DNA from: Negaprion brevirostris
Lineage: Eukaryota
Assembly: GCA_030324005.1 (NCBI GenBank)
Contig: JARDVH010000097.1
Span: forward strand, 63,362,674-63,426,673
Direction: 5' to 3'
DNA: 64,000 nt
The translations under genes and the position numbers were made by a program. Each line of letters opens with the position of its first letter. Positions within the stretch are counted from its first letter, which is position 1. The notes under the pieces were generated by a model. It was not told the DNA's origin. It saw only the letters and a list, made by a program, of their open reading frames with translations, and made no database searches. This document shows positions 1-11,500 of this stretch, in pieces.

Positions 1-335
1 CAATGTCACTATATCCTTCCTCAAATAAGGAAACCAAAACTGGACAATACTCCAGATGTGATCTCACCAACACCCTATAGAATTGCAACAACACTTCTCT
101 TCATTCATACCCCAGTCCTTTTGCAATAAATGCCCACATCCCATTTCCCTTTTTTATTATGTGCTGCACCTGCATTCTGACACCCTCTGTCCAGACACAT
201 TTTGAATCTGCTTTCCATGTAGGTAATAATTTGCCTTTCTATTTTTTCTGCCAAAATAGATAACCTCACATGTAATCATATAACTCCAACTGCCAAATTT
301 TGGCCCATTCTCCCAGCCTATCTACAACCATCTGT
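1..335 (-). mobile_element. CR1-clade LINE (HER1-like) ORF2 3' fragment, decayed
   Basis: Reverse strand resembles the CR1 ORF2 C-terminal region (…RPHLEYCVQFW-type segment; compare the clearer copy at 63136-63411). Confidence 0.85.
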
Positions 336-339
336 TCTT

Positions 340-395
340 TGAGGACATAATAAGCATGGTGGATGTGGTATATCTAGACTTCCAGAAGGAATTGG
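340..395 (+). mobile_element. Short CR1 RT-core fragment in opposite orientation
   Basis: gatgtggtatatctagacttccagaag translates to DVVYLDFQK, the CR1 RT motif D(V)VYLDFQKAFD. Confidence 0.7.
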
Positions 396-1394
396 TCTAA
401 CTGACCATTTTTAAAAGGTCTCCCAGCTTGACTCAACTTCACAAAAATCCAGTCACTGTTTCTGTTTCCACAGCTGCTGCCAGTCCTGCTGATTATAGCA
501 TATCTTGTTTGTCTGTTTATTCCTGAAATTCAGAACAACTGAAAGCATTTTTGCTGGCCTTTTGAATTTTTAATGAACATTCATATGAAGACACCTTTGT
601 CAGGAAAGGATTAAACTTATTCATAAAAAGCAGTGTTACTCTTTAAACGCCTTCCCATAATTTTTCAATGAGCTGGATTCCCCATGGGGTGGTGTTTAAA
701 CATGACAATATTGTTTGACTAGAAAGATTATTTTCCCTCTTTGGTGAAACTTACTTACCAGCTGCAACGTATTTTCTCTCTCCTTTTTACCCTCCAGTTA
801 TTGTTTGGACGAATTATCCAGAAGACTTTGAGTTACAGAGATAAATAAACTTGTAATTTCTCCACCTATCAGCACACCCTAGGCTGGCCTAAATGTGTCT
901 CTTACTCCCTGACCAATTGGGATTTGGGTCTGGGTTCTCCCCATGATTTGCTTTAAGATGATTTGCCAGGAATGTTGGAATATTACTGAGTACTCTGCAG
1001 GTAAATGCAAATTTGACATTTACTGAGGCTTTCCAGCAGCTGTTTGGCTTTCTGGGTGGAATTTAAGATTGACAATTTTGGGAAAAGCTGATGCAAATCT
1101 TAAAGACGCTGTAATGAGTTGTCTTATCTTGTGTGGCTTTAAGCCAAACTATTTAAAAAAGAATCAAATCTACTTAATGAGAAATACTTATCAACTGACC
1201 GTTGGAATGAAAAACTCATATTGACAGATTGGCACCCATTGTGGAAACTGCCAAATTTTCCTTTCTATTTCTGTCACTCCGTCTACCATCTGATCTGTTT
1301 TCTCTTTATCTTTCCTATACAGCTTGTCCCGTTGGAGCCTTCCTTTCTACATCCTCATTGAATTATTTCCCTTTTGGCAAATTAGCTTTAAAAA

Positions 1395-2660
1395 TTTAAG
1401 AAGTAGGAGCAGCAGTAAACCATTTGACCCATTTTGCATGCTCTGCCATTCATAGAACATAGAACATTACAGNNNNNNNNNNNNNNNNNNNNNNNNNNNN
1501 NNNNNNNNNNNNNNNNNNNNNNNNNNNNNNNNNNNNNNNNNNNNNNNNNNNNNNNNNNNNNNNNNNNNNNNNCCTTAATTTAAAGCCATGCCCCCTTGTG
1601 CTAGCTTCAGTATACTGACTGATCTTATTGTGGCTGTAAGTCCACTTCCTGTCTGTCTCCCCCTCAAAGCCCCAACTCCCTTGTGGATCAAACATCGGTC
1701 TAACTCCACCTTGAGTGTATTCAATAGGCCAGCCTCCACTGCTCTTTGTGAAAAAGAATTCCAAAAACTAACTCTGACCTGAGAGGAGAAATTTCTCCTC
1801 ATCTCTATTTTAAGTAGGAGGCTCTGTATTTTTAAAATGGTGTCCCTAGAGGAGAACCATCCTCTCAGTATCTACCCTGGCAAGCACCCTTAGAATCTTA
1901 TGATCACCTCTGAATCTTCTAAATTCTAATGAATATAGGCCCAACCTGCTCAACATTTCCTGGGATTGCATTGCGATTTTCTAAATTTCCCGTTTGTATC
2001 CCCTCAGTAATGAAATCTAGCATTTCCCAGTGACCTTTGTTGGGCTAAACTGACATATAATTTCTTGCTTTCTGTTTCTATCCTTTCTGGAATATATTGT
2101 CTCATTTGTAGTTTTCCAATCTGCTGGGTCCTTTTCAGAATCTTGGGAATTTTGGAAGTTTGTATGCTTGCAGCAAAGCCTTATCCATTCCAAGTTCCCA
2201 AATGTCCCCTCCTGTGAATCATCTCTGCCTTTCGCCAACTGTTTAATTACAGCCCTAGTTATAATGTTAGGAACTGGTCCCAACATGTTTCAAATGAAGG
2301 CTGTCCCAATGGTGCAGCTTCCTCTTTCCTCAGTACTGGATGCCAATGTTCCACGAATCAAAACCCACTAACCTTTTGAGCCAGACATTGGCTTTCTGAT
2401 CTACGGGAAGTTTTTCCATGCCTCCTCTGGCCAAACCCCTCGAGAATTTTCTCTTGCCTTTTTCTTCACCAAGGACAAGAGTCTTAGTTTTTCCAATCTT
2501 TCCACATAAATGAATTTCCCCATCCCTGGAACCATTCTTGTGAATCTTTTCTGCCTTCAGATAGATGTGGCCAAGGATATTGTATACTTTATTAATGCTG
2601 TCTCAACCTATCCAGCACATATACATCCAGGTCCCGCAGCCTCTACGCCCTACTTTAGAA
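1395..2660 (-). mobile_element. CR1/HER1 LINE, composite decayed fragments including 3' tail, with a second CR1 tail at ~1451 and a 100-N gap
   Basis: 3' tail signature (agaagtaggagcagcagta…ctctgccattca; catagaacatagaaca). ORF 1575-1802(-) reads RRNFSSQ…WNSFSQRAVEA. Upstream pieces read PADWKTTN…KQEI. Confidence 0.8.
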
Positions 2661-2671
2661 TATATTCTTGA

Positions 2672-2830
2672 TTGTATGGTTTTTATCATGGTTCACTGAG
2701 TCCACATATGTATTGGCTGCCCTTGACACACACAAGTGATTTCTCTACCCCTGTCTTATCAGTGTTTGGTTCTGTGCAACATGAATTGACCAAATGGCTG
2801 ACCGAGTTACTACAGCCAGATTTGAGTAAC
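2672..2830 (+). mobile_element. Penelope-like element reverse transcriptase fragment (decayed)
   Basis: MYWLPLTH…PVLSVFGSVQHELTKWLTELLQP matches the PLE RT motif YGLPKxHK…PLRPIxS..GS..H.LAKWL..LL.P. Confidence 0.7.
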
Positions 2831-3214
2831 TTTTACATATACATGGATGGCGGGAAATAGCAAAAACAGAGATGGGGTATCAGACGTCCGCACATACACT
2901 TCAATGTTGTACTCGGTGCTATATTGCAAGTTTTTAAGTGTTGTGTACTCCCAGTATACTCATGTATCTGTGTGTGATTGCGATTAAGTGACAGAGCATA
3001 GGATGTGACCATTTGTATTCAAAAATAAGACCACTGTACTTGTTGCACCTTGTTAGAAGTTTTTATACCGTTTAGTTTGAAGTACTACGGCCTTCAGCCC
3101 AACTAAACTGGCAATTTGTTCCTCTAGCTATTGTAAGGATATGGGAGGGATATTTTTATTTGTGAGGTTTGTTCAAATCTTCATTGCCCTAGAAGTTTGA
3201 TTTCAATCAACCCA

Positions 3215-4330
3215 GAGGGTGGCACAGCACCAGGTACCCAGGTTCAATTCTGGCCTTGGGTGACTGTCTGTGTAGAGTTAGCACCATCTCTCTGTGTGGG
3301 TTTCGTCCTGGTGCTCTGGTTTCCTGCCACGTTCCAAAGGTGTATTGATCAGTTGGAATGGCTATGCCAAATTGTTCTTTAGGGCCTGATATTACCATCA
3401 AGTTGCGTCCGTTTTTGGGTGCGAAAACTTGGTCAAGTCGGGCGTGAGGCGAAGGCCTAGAAGGCTCAATGTCAATTTAAATGCATTTGCCTCCATTTAA
3501 ATTGACTTAATGGGCTACATGCTCAAACTTACCGGCACTTCCCCCTTTACCACCACAGTCACCCATCCAGATTCAGTGAGAAACAGATTTGGGCTGCAAA
3601 GGTCTGATTTTGGCGCTCCAGCTTCTGAGAAGGTAAGTTCAGAGCTTCGGTGACTCTCTGACTCAGATTGGAGGGAGGGGGGAGATGGCATGGAGGCAGG
3701 TCAGATGTCAGATGGCTCTCTTGTGGGAGGAAGGCATTGTCTGGTGGGATGGGGGGCAGGGGGTGTCCGCTGCCACTCTGCGTGCGATCATTGGGCGGAA
3801 AGGGGAGCTAGGGTCTGTGATCGGGGAGGTGGAGGATAAGGGGGTCCGTTATGTTGTGGGAGTGGGGCAATGACTGTGGGGTCAGGGAGGAGGCATTATC
3901 CAGCCTGGGAGTGATGTGGCAGGGGAGCATTTCTCAATTAATTTTACTGCGCATGCACTGTTGGAGGCTCTGATCAGAGCTGCAGGATTCTGGGTGCATT
4001 AAGCCCCACCCACAAGCTTCTGCAGCACGATTCAGAATCACTGACATTTTTTCAGGCAGAGTGCATATGGGGGCGCCTGAGAACGGATCTAAAAGTCAGA
4101 TCTGAAACACTACCAATTTCAGATCCGCCCAGCACTTAGAATTAAAATGATAAAATCAGGCCCAGTATCCATTGATGTGCTGGTTAGATGGATTAGCCAT
4201 GGTAAATGCACGGGGTTACAGTGATAGCATCGGGGAGTGGGCNNNNNNNNNNNNNNNNNNNNNNNNNNNNNNNNNNNNCACAGACCCGAGGGGCCAAATG
4301 GCCTCCTTCTGCACTATTAGGATTCTAGGC
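3215..4330 (+). mobile_element. HE1 / V-SINE split by an inserted TIR element
   Basis: tRNA-like head (ggtggcacag…ccaggttcaattc), V-domain (gtgggtttcgtcctggtgctctggtttcct). Resumes after 4163 and ends in CR1-type tail gggccaaatggcctccttctgcact. Confidence 0.85.
3382..4163. mobile_element. Non-autonomous TIR DNA transposon (~780 bp), PIF/Harbinger-like; copy 1
   Basis: Left end gggcctgatattaccat versus right end atgataaaatcaggccc. Homologous along its length to 41461-42198. Confidence 0.8.
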
Positions 4331-4978
4331 TGCTAGACTTCTGGGCTTTACATCTCTCTGACCTATCAATATGTCACCTAGCAGCAACTTCAAAGATTAA
4401 CTATATTTCCAAAGTTGAACAATAAATATGCTATGTTCTTTCCAATCCTGTGGGCTGTCCTGGGGATTTTCAGTTCCCTTGGTAACTTATCACTCATTAA
4501 GAGAAAATAAAGCGTTTGGCCATACTTGAAAAATTTAACCAGGACGTGCCTCTTCCTCAGGATTAAATTATCTTTTGCTTGAGACTGCGCAGGATGGTGG
4601 GAGGGATGAGGGGAGAAGGAAGGGGGTGCAGTTTAGTCCCAGCCAGGAAGGAAAGGTGTGGTGGATGCTGGTGGTTCTAGTGGGGGGATGCTGATTGTTC
4701 GGGTCTTGGGGGATTGCTGGGCCCCACTAACTGTAAATCTGCCACTGCAGACAGCTGTCCAATACTCCCTCCCTTGTCAATCATTCAAATTTCTGAATTA
4801 TTTCCTCTTTTACCTTTACCTGCACAGCAACGATTGGTAAAGATTCCTACACCCCTTCCCGGTTAGTTCAAAATCTCCCCAGCAGCAACTTAACCTGCAT
4901 GGGAATTGGTCCCAGCTCTAATTATGTGTAATCTGTCCGATCTGTACAGGTCTTATCTCCCCAGAGCTGGTCCCACAT

Positions 4979-5222
4979 AGCAGCACAGTGCCTCACAATG
5001 TCAGGAACCCAGGTTCGATTCCCAGCTATGCGGAGTCTGTACATTCTCCCCGTGTCTATGTGGGTTACCTCCAGTTGTTCTAGTTTCCTCCCACAGTCCA
5101 AAGACTTGGTGGTTAGGTGTATTGGCCATGCTAAATTCTCCCTCAGTGTACCCAAACAGGTGCTGAAGTGTGGTGACTTCATTGTAATGTGAACCTACTC
5201 ATGACATTAATAAATAAACTTC
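4979..5222 (+). mobile_element. V-SINE (HE1-related) with taataaataaac-type tail
   Basis: ccaggttcgattccc B-box, V-domain ttctccccgtgtc…tttcctcccacagtccaaagac, tail cctactcatgacattaataaataaact. Confidence 0.85.
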
Positions 5223-5264
5223 AAACAATGTCCCAGGAATCCTGCACCAGCTTTCCAGCTGCAG

Positions 5265-5890
5265 AACTCCCAGTCTCTGACCTGCCCTTGTAGCCACAGT
5301 ATTTATATAGCTGGCCCAGATAAGTTTATGGTCAATGGTAGCCCTCCCAGGAAGTTGCTGATGGGGGATTTGGTGACAGTAATGTGATTAAATGTCAAGG
5401 GAAGGTTTAGATACTCTCTTGTCAGAGATGGTCATCGCTTGCCCCTTGTGCACGGATGCAGGAAGGATATTCTTGACGGTTGAGGTGTCCAAAACCAGGG
5501 ATCATAATCTANNNNNNNNGGGTAAATCTTTTAAGACTGAGATGAGATAAAACTTCTTCACCCAGAGAATGGTAAGTCTGTGGAATTCATTACCACAGAA
5601 AGCAGTTGAGGCCAAAATATTGTATGTTTTCAAGATGGAATTAGATATAGCTCTTGGTGCAAAGGGAAACAAAGGATATGGGGGTGGAGGGGGCGAAGGT
5701 GGGATCCGGTTATTGAGTTGGATGATCAACTATGACCATAGCGAATGTCGGAGCAGGCTTGGACTAAACGGCCTACTCCTGCTCCTATTTTCTATGTTTT
5801 CTATGTGTGTCATTTGCCACTTGTCAGACTAAGCCAGAATGATGCCCAAGTCTTGTTGCATGTTGATATAGACTGCTTTGGTATCTTAAG
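5265..5890 (-). mobile_element. CR1-like LINE fragment (same family as 55915-56790), interrupted by a HER1 3' end
   Basis: aatgtcaaggg…tagat…cttg…gagatggtcat and ttgccact…tcag…tcttg..gcat are shared with 56520-56660. Confidence 0.7.
5450..5805 (+). mobile_element. HER1/CR1 LINE 3' end
   Basis: VSLWNSLPQKAVEAK…FKMELDIALGAKG, then tail ggcctactcctgctcctattttctatgttttctatg. Confidence 0.9.
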
Positions 5891-6232
5891 CAGTTGCATT
5901 TTGCATTTTTGCCTTGCCATAGTTTCAGAAGCACCAAAAACTATCACCTTTTGTTCACGTTCGATTATCTTTTAGATCTGCCGCTATGTCCGTGCTGTCC
6001 CCAGAGGAGCTCTGTAAGGCAATAAGACATTTTATACTTCTTACCGTGGAACAGCTTACCATGCTTTTGCCACACTTCGTATTGTTTATTATGAAGATGT
6101 AACGTATGAAGGCAAGTTTTAGAAAAAAAAAATGGCTTTCAACAGTTGAAATCCTAAAGTGAGAATGAACCAGGAAGTTTGTTTTCATTTAACACTCATT
6201 GAGTAGCAAAGGAATACAAAATTGAAGTCATG

Positions 6233-6368
6233 GGCTGGAATTTTCCTTCCGTTCACACCCTGCGGCCGTTGCAGTCGAGGGCAGAGATTTTGGCACTCAG
6301 CCAAATCTCCATTCACTACAACAGGACCAGAGGATCCCACCAGGGTGAAAGACTGGGAAATTCCAGCC
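6233..6368. mobile_element. MITE (~136 bp) with 14-bp TIR and 3-bp TSD
   Basis: ggctggaattttcc…gggaaattccagcc (13/14 match), flanked by atg on both sides. Confidence 0.85.
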
Positions 6369-7171
6369 ATGCTGCCCTGAGACAAGAGAATAGGAAAAGG
6401 GAAAAAAGGCACAATTTTCAGTTAGGCAGCAGTATGATGTAGTTACTCCCAATAGTATGTTATATGTAGAACTGGGTGCAAACGTAAAATTGGCTGAGGT
6501 ACTGAAATTATTGAGCTTGCCAAGTTGATGTCTGCACCCATTACTTAGTGTCTGTGCTTCTTTCCTGCTAACAAGGGTTAGAAGGAAGCAATGAAACCAA
6601 TGTTTGGTTTTCAGTTAGATATGTTTAAAAGATGTCTCTGTTTTATCATGCTGGACAAAATCACAAGTCATCACATCAGCACAAGTGGAATAAAGTTTGT
6701 AATGTGTTCAGATTTTTAAGAAGTTAATCTCTTACTAATTCACATTATAGCAAATTGATATATAATTAAATATTAAGGGTATTCCTGCACACTGCAGAGA
6801 ATAGTCCAACCATTTATTTATAGCAAAGCATCAAGGATGTAGATACTTTTAAAAATGTTATTGCATTACAGCCTGTAAAATTAATCAATAATGCAATCAA
6901 ATGTTAATGTTTTCCACTGAAATGTTAACTGTCCATTTACTTTAATTGGTGGGAGTTAGATGTTCATTCACAATGTCACAGAAAGCCAACATAGATTGTA
7001 TTTTCAATAATCCATGTTGTTAGAGCTGCCATTTTGCTCTGTATTTACTGGACAGATGGAGCCTTTTGCAGGAAACCTATTTCTCAGATACTTGGGCACT
7101 TATACAACTATGGAGAATAATTTCTGGCAGCAGAATTGACGAGGCAGCTTTTATCATGACAGATTGAATTA

Positions 7172-7339
7172 ATGATCTTTTATTTAAGAAATCTGGAATT
7201 TCAGTTAAAATTATTCTCACCTGTTTATGATCTTTTATTTAGGAAATCTGGAATTGCAGTTAAAATTATTTTCACCTGTTTATGATCATTTATTTAGGAA
7301 ATCTGAAATTATAGTTAAAATTATTTTCACCTGTTTATG
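7172..7339. repeat. Tandem repeat, 55-bp unit x3
   Basis: atgatcttttatttaggaaatctggaattgcagttaaaattattttcacctgttt starting at 7172, 7227 and 7282. Confidence 0.95.
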
Positions 7340-8289
7340 CTGAACCATTTATCTTTTTCAAGGGACTGATGCACAGGGTAGATTTTCTAAGTCTTTATCC
7401 ATGGTAAGGAACTTTACAGACTTTGTTGGAAATCGTAGAAAACTAGCATTGGCCTGGTCAGGGCTATGTAAGAGAATCCAAAAATTCAGACATTCCTCAT
7501 GAATGATGAGGGACAGATAACACAAAGTGGAAGTGATTAGACTGGTCTCTGACTGCGATGGTAAAATGTGCATGTCAGGTTGATAAATTAATTTGAAATT
7601 GCTTTGTGAACTTGATTTCTAAAGTGAGTGTTTTTTGCTCCGGTCATCACACTCCAATCAGCAACTGATGGGGTTACAAGATGTTTCCAGCTTTCTGCAG
7701 TGTAGCAGGAAAGGGAGAGGAGATGGCAGGTATTTTGTTTTGTTCCTCCTCTTGGAGAGGTGCTTGGCTTCTGTCCAAAATTTCCTGTTTGGACCATTTT
7801 AAACCCTTTTTTTTAGAGGTTGTTCTGCCTCTTGTTTTCATGTTGCTCTGGGGAAAATCCCAATATGAGTGTCTTATCTTTGCCTTGAAATTTGAGAGTT
7901 TTTTTCAGCAACATGCACTGGAAATTTCTGAATGAGAAGTAAAACTTAGAGGGATGTAAATAGACTGCCAACTTGCAATCATCTATTTTAAATCACACAA
8001 AGTATCTCAGAGTTTTATGGGAACAGATGCCACTTTCCTTTCTCAAAATCTTCATGTATTTGTTATATTAGAAACTTGTTGTTTCTGGGATTGTAGACAC
8101 AATCTTATTACATCATGGGACACTGTGCTGATATGTCAATCTCTTGTGTTACACATAAAATGATTATTGTAATACCTGTGTGGACTTGTGACCAAAGTAA
8201 AACCTTTTCTTCAAGTTACCAGCAGCAGATGATGCTACATCAGTTAGTCTCCAATTTCCATTCTTAAGCTCCTGTCAAAAAAGTTGCGT

Positions 8290-9270
8290 ACAGAAGAATT
8301 GGGAACAGCAGTAGGTTACTCAGCCCCTTGGGCTGGCTCTGCTACTCCGTAATATCATGGCTGATCTGATAGTAACATCAACTCCACATTCCCTTCTGTC
8401 TTAAAAATGTTCAAAGACTGTCTTGCACTGCCTTTTGAGGGAGAGAGTTCCAAAGACTCTCAATTCTCAGAGAAAACAATTCCCGTCTTAAGTGGACGAC
8501 CGCTTATTTTTAAACGGTGACCCTAGTTTGCTCCCACAAGAGCAAACATCCTTCCNNNNNNNNNNNNNNNNNNNNNNNCAGGATCTTGAAGGTTTCAATC
8601 AAGTTGTCTCCTCATGAGACGATCCTCCCATTCCAGGTATTAGTCTAATAAATCTTCTCTGAACTGCTTCCAATGCATTTCCCCATCCTTCTTTAAATAA
8701 GGAGCCAAAGACAGTACACAGTACTCCAGATACGGTCTCACCAATGCCCTGTATAAATGAAGCATAACTTGCTACTTTTGTAATCAATTCTTCTTGCAAT
8801 AAAAGATAACATTCTATTCAGTTTATCTAATTTACTTGTTGTGTCAGCATACTAATCTTTTGTGATTCAGGCATAGAATACCTAGATCTGCATTTCAGAG
8901 TTCTGCAATCTCTCACCATTTAGATAATACGCTTGTTTATTCTTCCTGCCAAAATGGACGATTTCTCATTTTTCCACTTTACATTCCATTTGCCAGATCT
9001 TTGCCTACTCATTTAACCTATCTAATTCTCTTTGTATCCTGCTTATGTCCTCTTCACAACTTGCTTTCCTACCTATCTTTGTGTTACTAGAAATTTAGCA
9101 AGCAAACCTTCAATCCTTCCTTCAAGTCATTTATATACATTGTAAAAGGTTGAGACCCCTGCACTGGTCCCTGTGGCACACAATTCGTTACATCTTGCCA
9201 ACCAGAAAGTGACCGATTTATGCCCACTCTTTATTTCGTGTGAGCTAGCCGATCTTCAAGCCATGCCAAT
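8290..9270 (-). mobile_element. HER1/CR1 LINE 3' ~1 kb, decayed
   Basis: 3' tail at the left end. ORF 8599-8799(-) includes ALEAVQRRFIRLIPGMGG. Region near 9150 resembles the GVPQGSVLGP motif on the minus strand. Confidence 0.9.
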
Positions 9271-11109
9271 ATGTAATTATTTTTTAAAGTCAAATTTAAC
9301 ATGCAACTCAAATGCTTTTGAAAGCTTATCTGATATGATTTTACAATACCAGCCATAACTCCAGTATAAATTCTGTAATATTTCTGAGTGTTGTCTCACC
9401 TTTCCAAAACTGGTTTGTGTTCTGGTTGCTGATGAGCATTGAATTTAGGATCAGCCCCCCACCCTACAAGTTAAAACGAACTAAAGCGAGAATGGATGCT
9501 AGAGCATCATTTTACTGAAGGTGAAATCAGCAAATGCACCTGGAATTCCACATTGGCAGTGACCAGCTTCAGACCATGATCTGAAATCTGAAGGTGCTTG
9601 GAATTCCAATGTTCACTGCTCAGTAAACAGATACAGTCGGCGCTTCTCAATTCCACGTGTTTAAAAATGTTACTGCTGCCTTCTGCAAACAGTGAGTTTA
9701 TGATGCTGCCTGCGGCATAGTGGAGTGGGTTTTAACAATGCTATGATCGGAATTACAAATATATAAGTATTTTTGATGCATCGGTGAACAGCCTTTCAAT
9801 TTTGACCTCCAGCAATTGCAACCATCTTCCTTCAGTGCTCGGGGAGAGTATTGCTCAAATTTCTGGTGGATCCAAGGTGGGAGGTCAGCCAGGGGAGCAT
9901 TGGAAAATGAAAACCTCAGGGTAACATAATGAGGCTTTAAACAGCAGCACAAGATTCAAAAAATTGTGTNNNNNNNNNNNNNNNNNNNNNNNNNNNNNNN
10001 NNNNNNNNNNNNNNNNNNNNNNNNNNNNNNNNNNNNNNNNNNNNNNNNNNNNNNNNNNNNNNNNNNNNNAAAAAATTGTGTTTGTGATGAAACTATTGAA
10101 ACTTGAACCTTTTTTGAAATACAGGCAGAGTCTGCTTTTTAACTTAAAAGTCAACTTTCTCAGTAGCACAATCATTTAAAATACCTGGTTAATGTTTACA
10201 ATGTGAAAACAGCTTTGTCAGGCTTTGCATACTGTGCATAATTAGCTATTAAACCAGCAGAAAATCTTAAATTAATGATTGAAGGCCAGGCATGTTTTTT
10301 CTCATAATGTGTGCTATTCTTTATGACGTAAAGAAATCTTTAATTTACAGCATAATATATTGGCTTATAGTTACTGGAGTCTTTCAAATCTGACTGTGAA
10401 ATTTAAACTGTTCCTTGCATTGCAACACAAGAGTGCAATTTGTAGTCAAAAAATTCCTGTCTTAAAAGTAAGTTTTAGCCATTTGTTTGTTGTAGGGATG
10501 ATCACATAGAGCACGGGGACTGCTTTTCTAACTTGAATGGTTTTAGTTCAGAAAATGCCAGAGAAGGATTCTCATAAATAATTGACCTAGAAAGAAGGGA
10601 GGGAGCTGTTGAAATTGCAAGAGTTCCTTCTGAGTTTGATGATCCAACTCCTTTTGTTTAAATGACTTGAGACACAAATTGGACAATTACAATGAAAAAC
10701 AGCCAAAGTTCCAGCTGTTACAGCAAATGTCTTTTATTTTCTGTTTTGAAATATGTTTGGTAAGAAAGCCTTTCATCAGACTAGACTGAATTATTATTAC
10801 AAGCATTGAGTAATTCAGTTGCGTTTAATCTGTTGGGATTGTTTGGTTAAATTTCATTGTGGAGAGCACAATGGGCTTGGGTGTAGGTAAAGGTTTTAAA
10901 CAAGTAAAATTGATGAGGGCATTAAGAAACTGGCTTCAGTCTGCCAGCGTCTCCAGTTTTTTATTTTGGGGGTTTGCCCACAACTCCCTCAGGAGAGACA
11001 AGTTATCCATTTTCACATGTTAATTGCTCAATTAGAATGATAGTTATACATTGTTTTCATTTTAACACCAAGTCCATGGGTTGTCCAAATTTGCTAAAAC
11101 TCACCAGTG

Positions 11110-11500
11110 AATTCAAAGCGAGTATATCTCCAACAACTGGCTGCAACTTGACACCTGCTAGGTTCCACTCTCCCATCATTATCATGCTTTCTGACCTACA
11201 CTGCTTCCTTGTCCCTAAATGTATCAAATGTGAAGTCATTGGCTTATCTTTAAATCTGTCTATGGTCTCACCACCTGTATCTCTGCAACCTCTTTCTATC
11301 TCACATCTTCTGCTTTCCCAAATTTGACCTTTCATGCATCTCCTATGCTCGATACAATTTAGTGTTAGAGCCTTCAACAATCCTGATTGTACTCTCTCCT
11401 TCAATTTTCTCTGTTTTTAAAGGCCTCATTAAAACTTCTTCTCCATTCCCTACACCATTTGCTGCTTAATGAAATGTTTGAAAATGCACTTTATTAATGG
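11110..11500 (+). mobile_element. L2-like LINE 3' fragment, old
   Basis: HSPIIIMLSDLHCFLVPKCIK resembles the L2 C-terminal HITP.L..LHWLPV..RI.FK; similar to 38550-38620 and 55490-55560. Confidence 0.6.
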
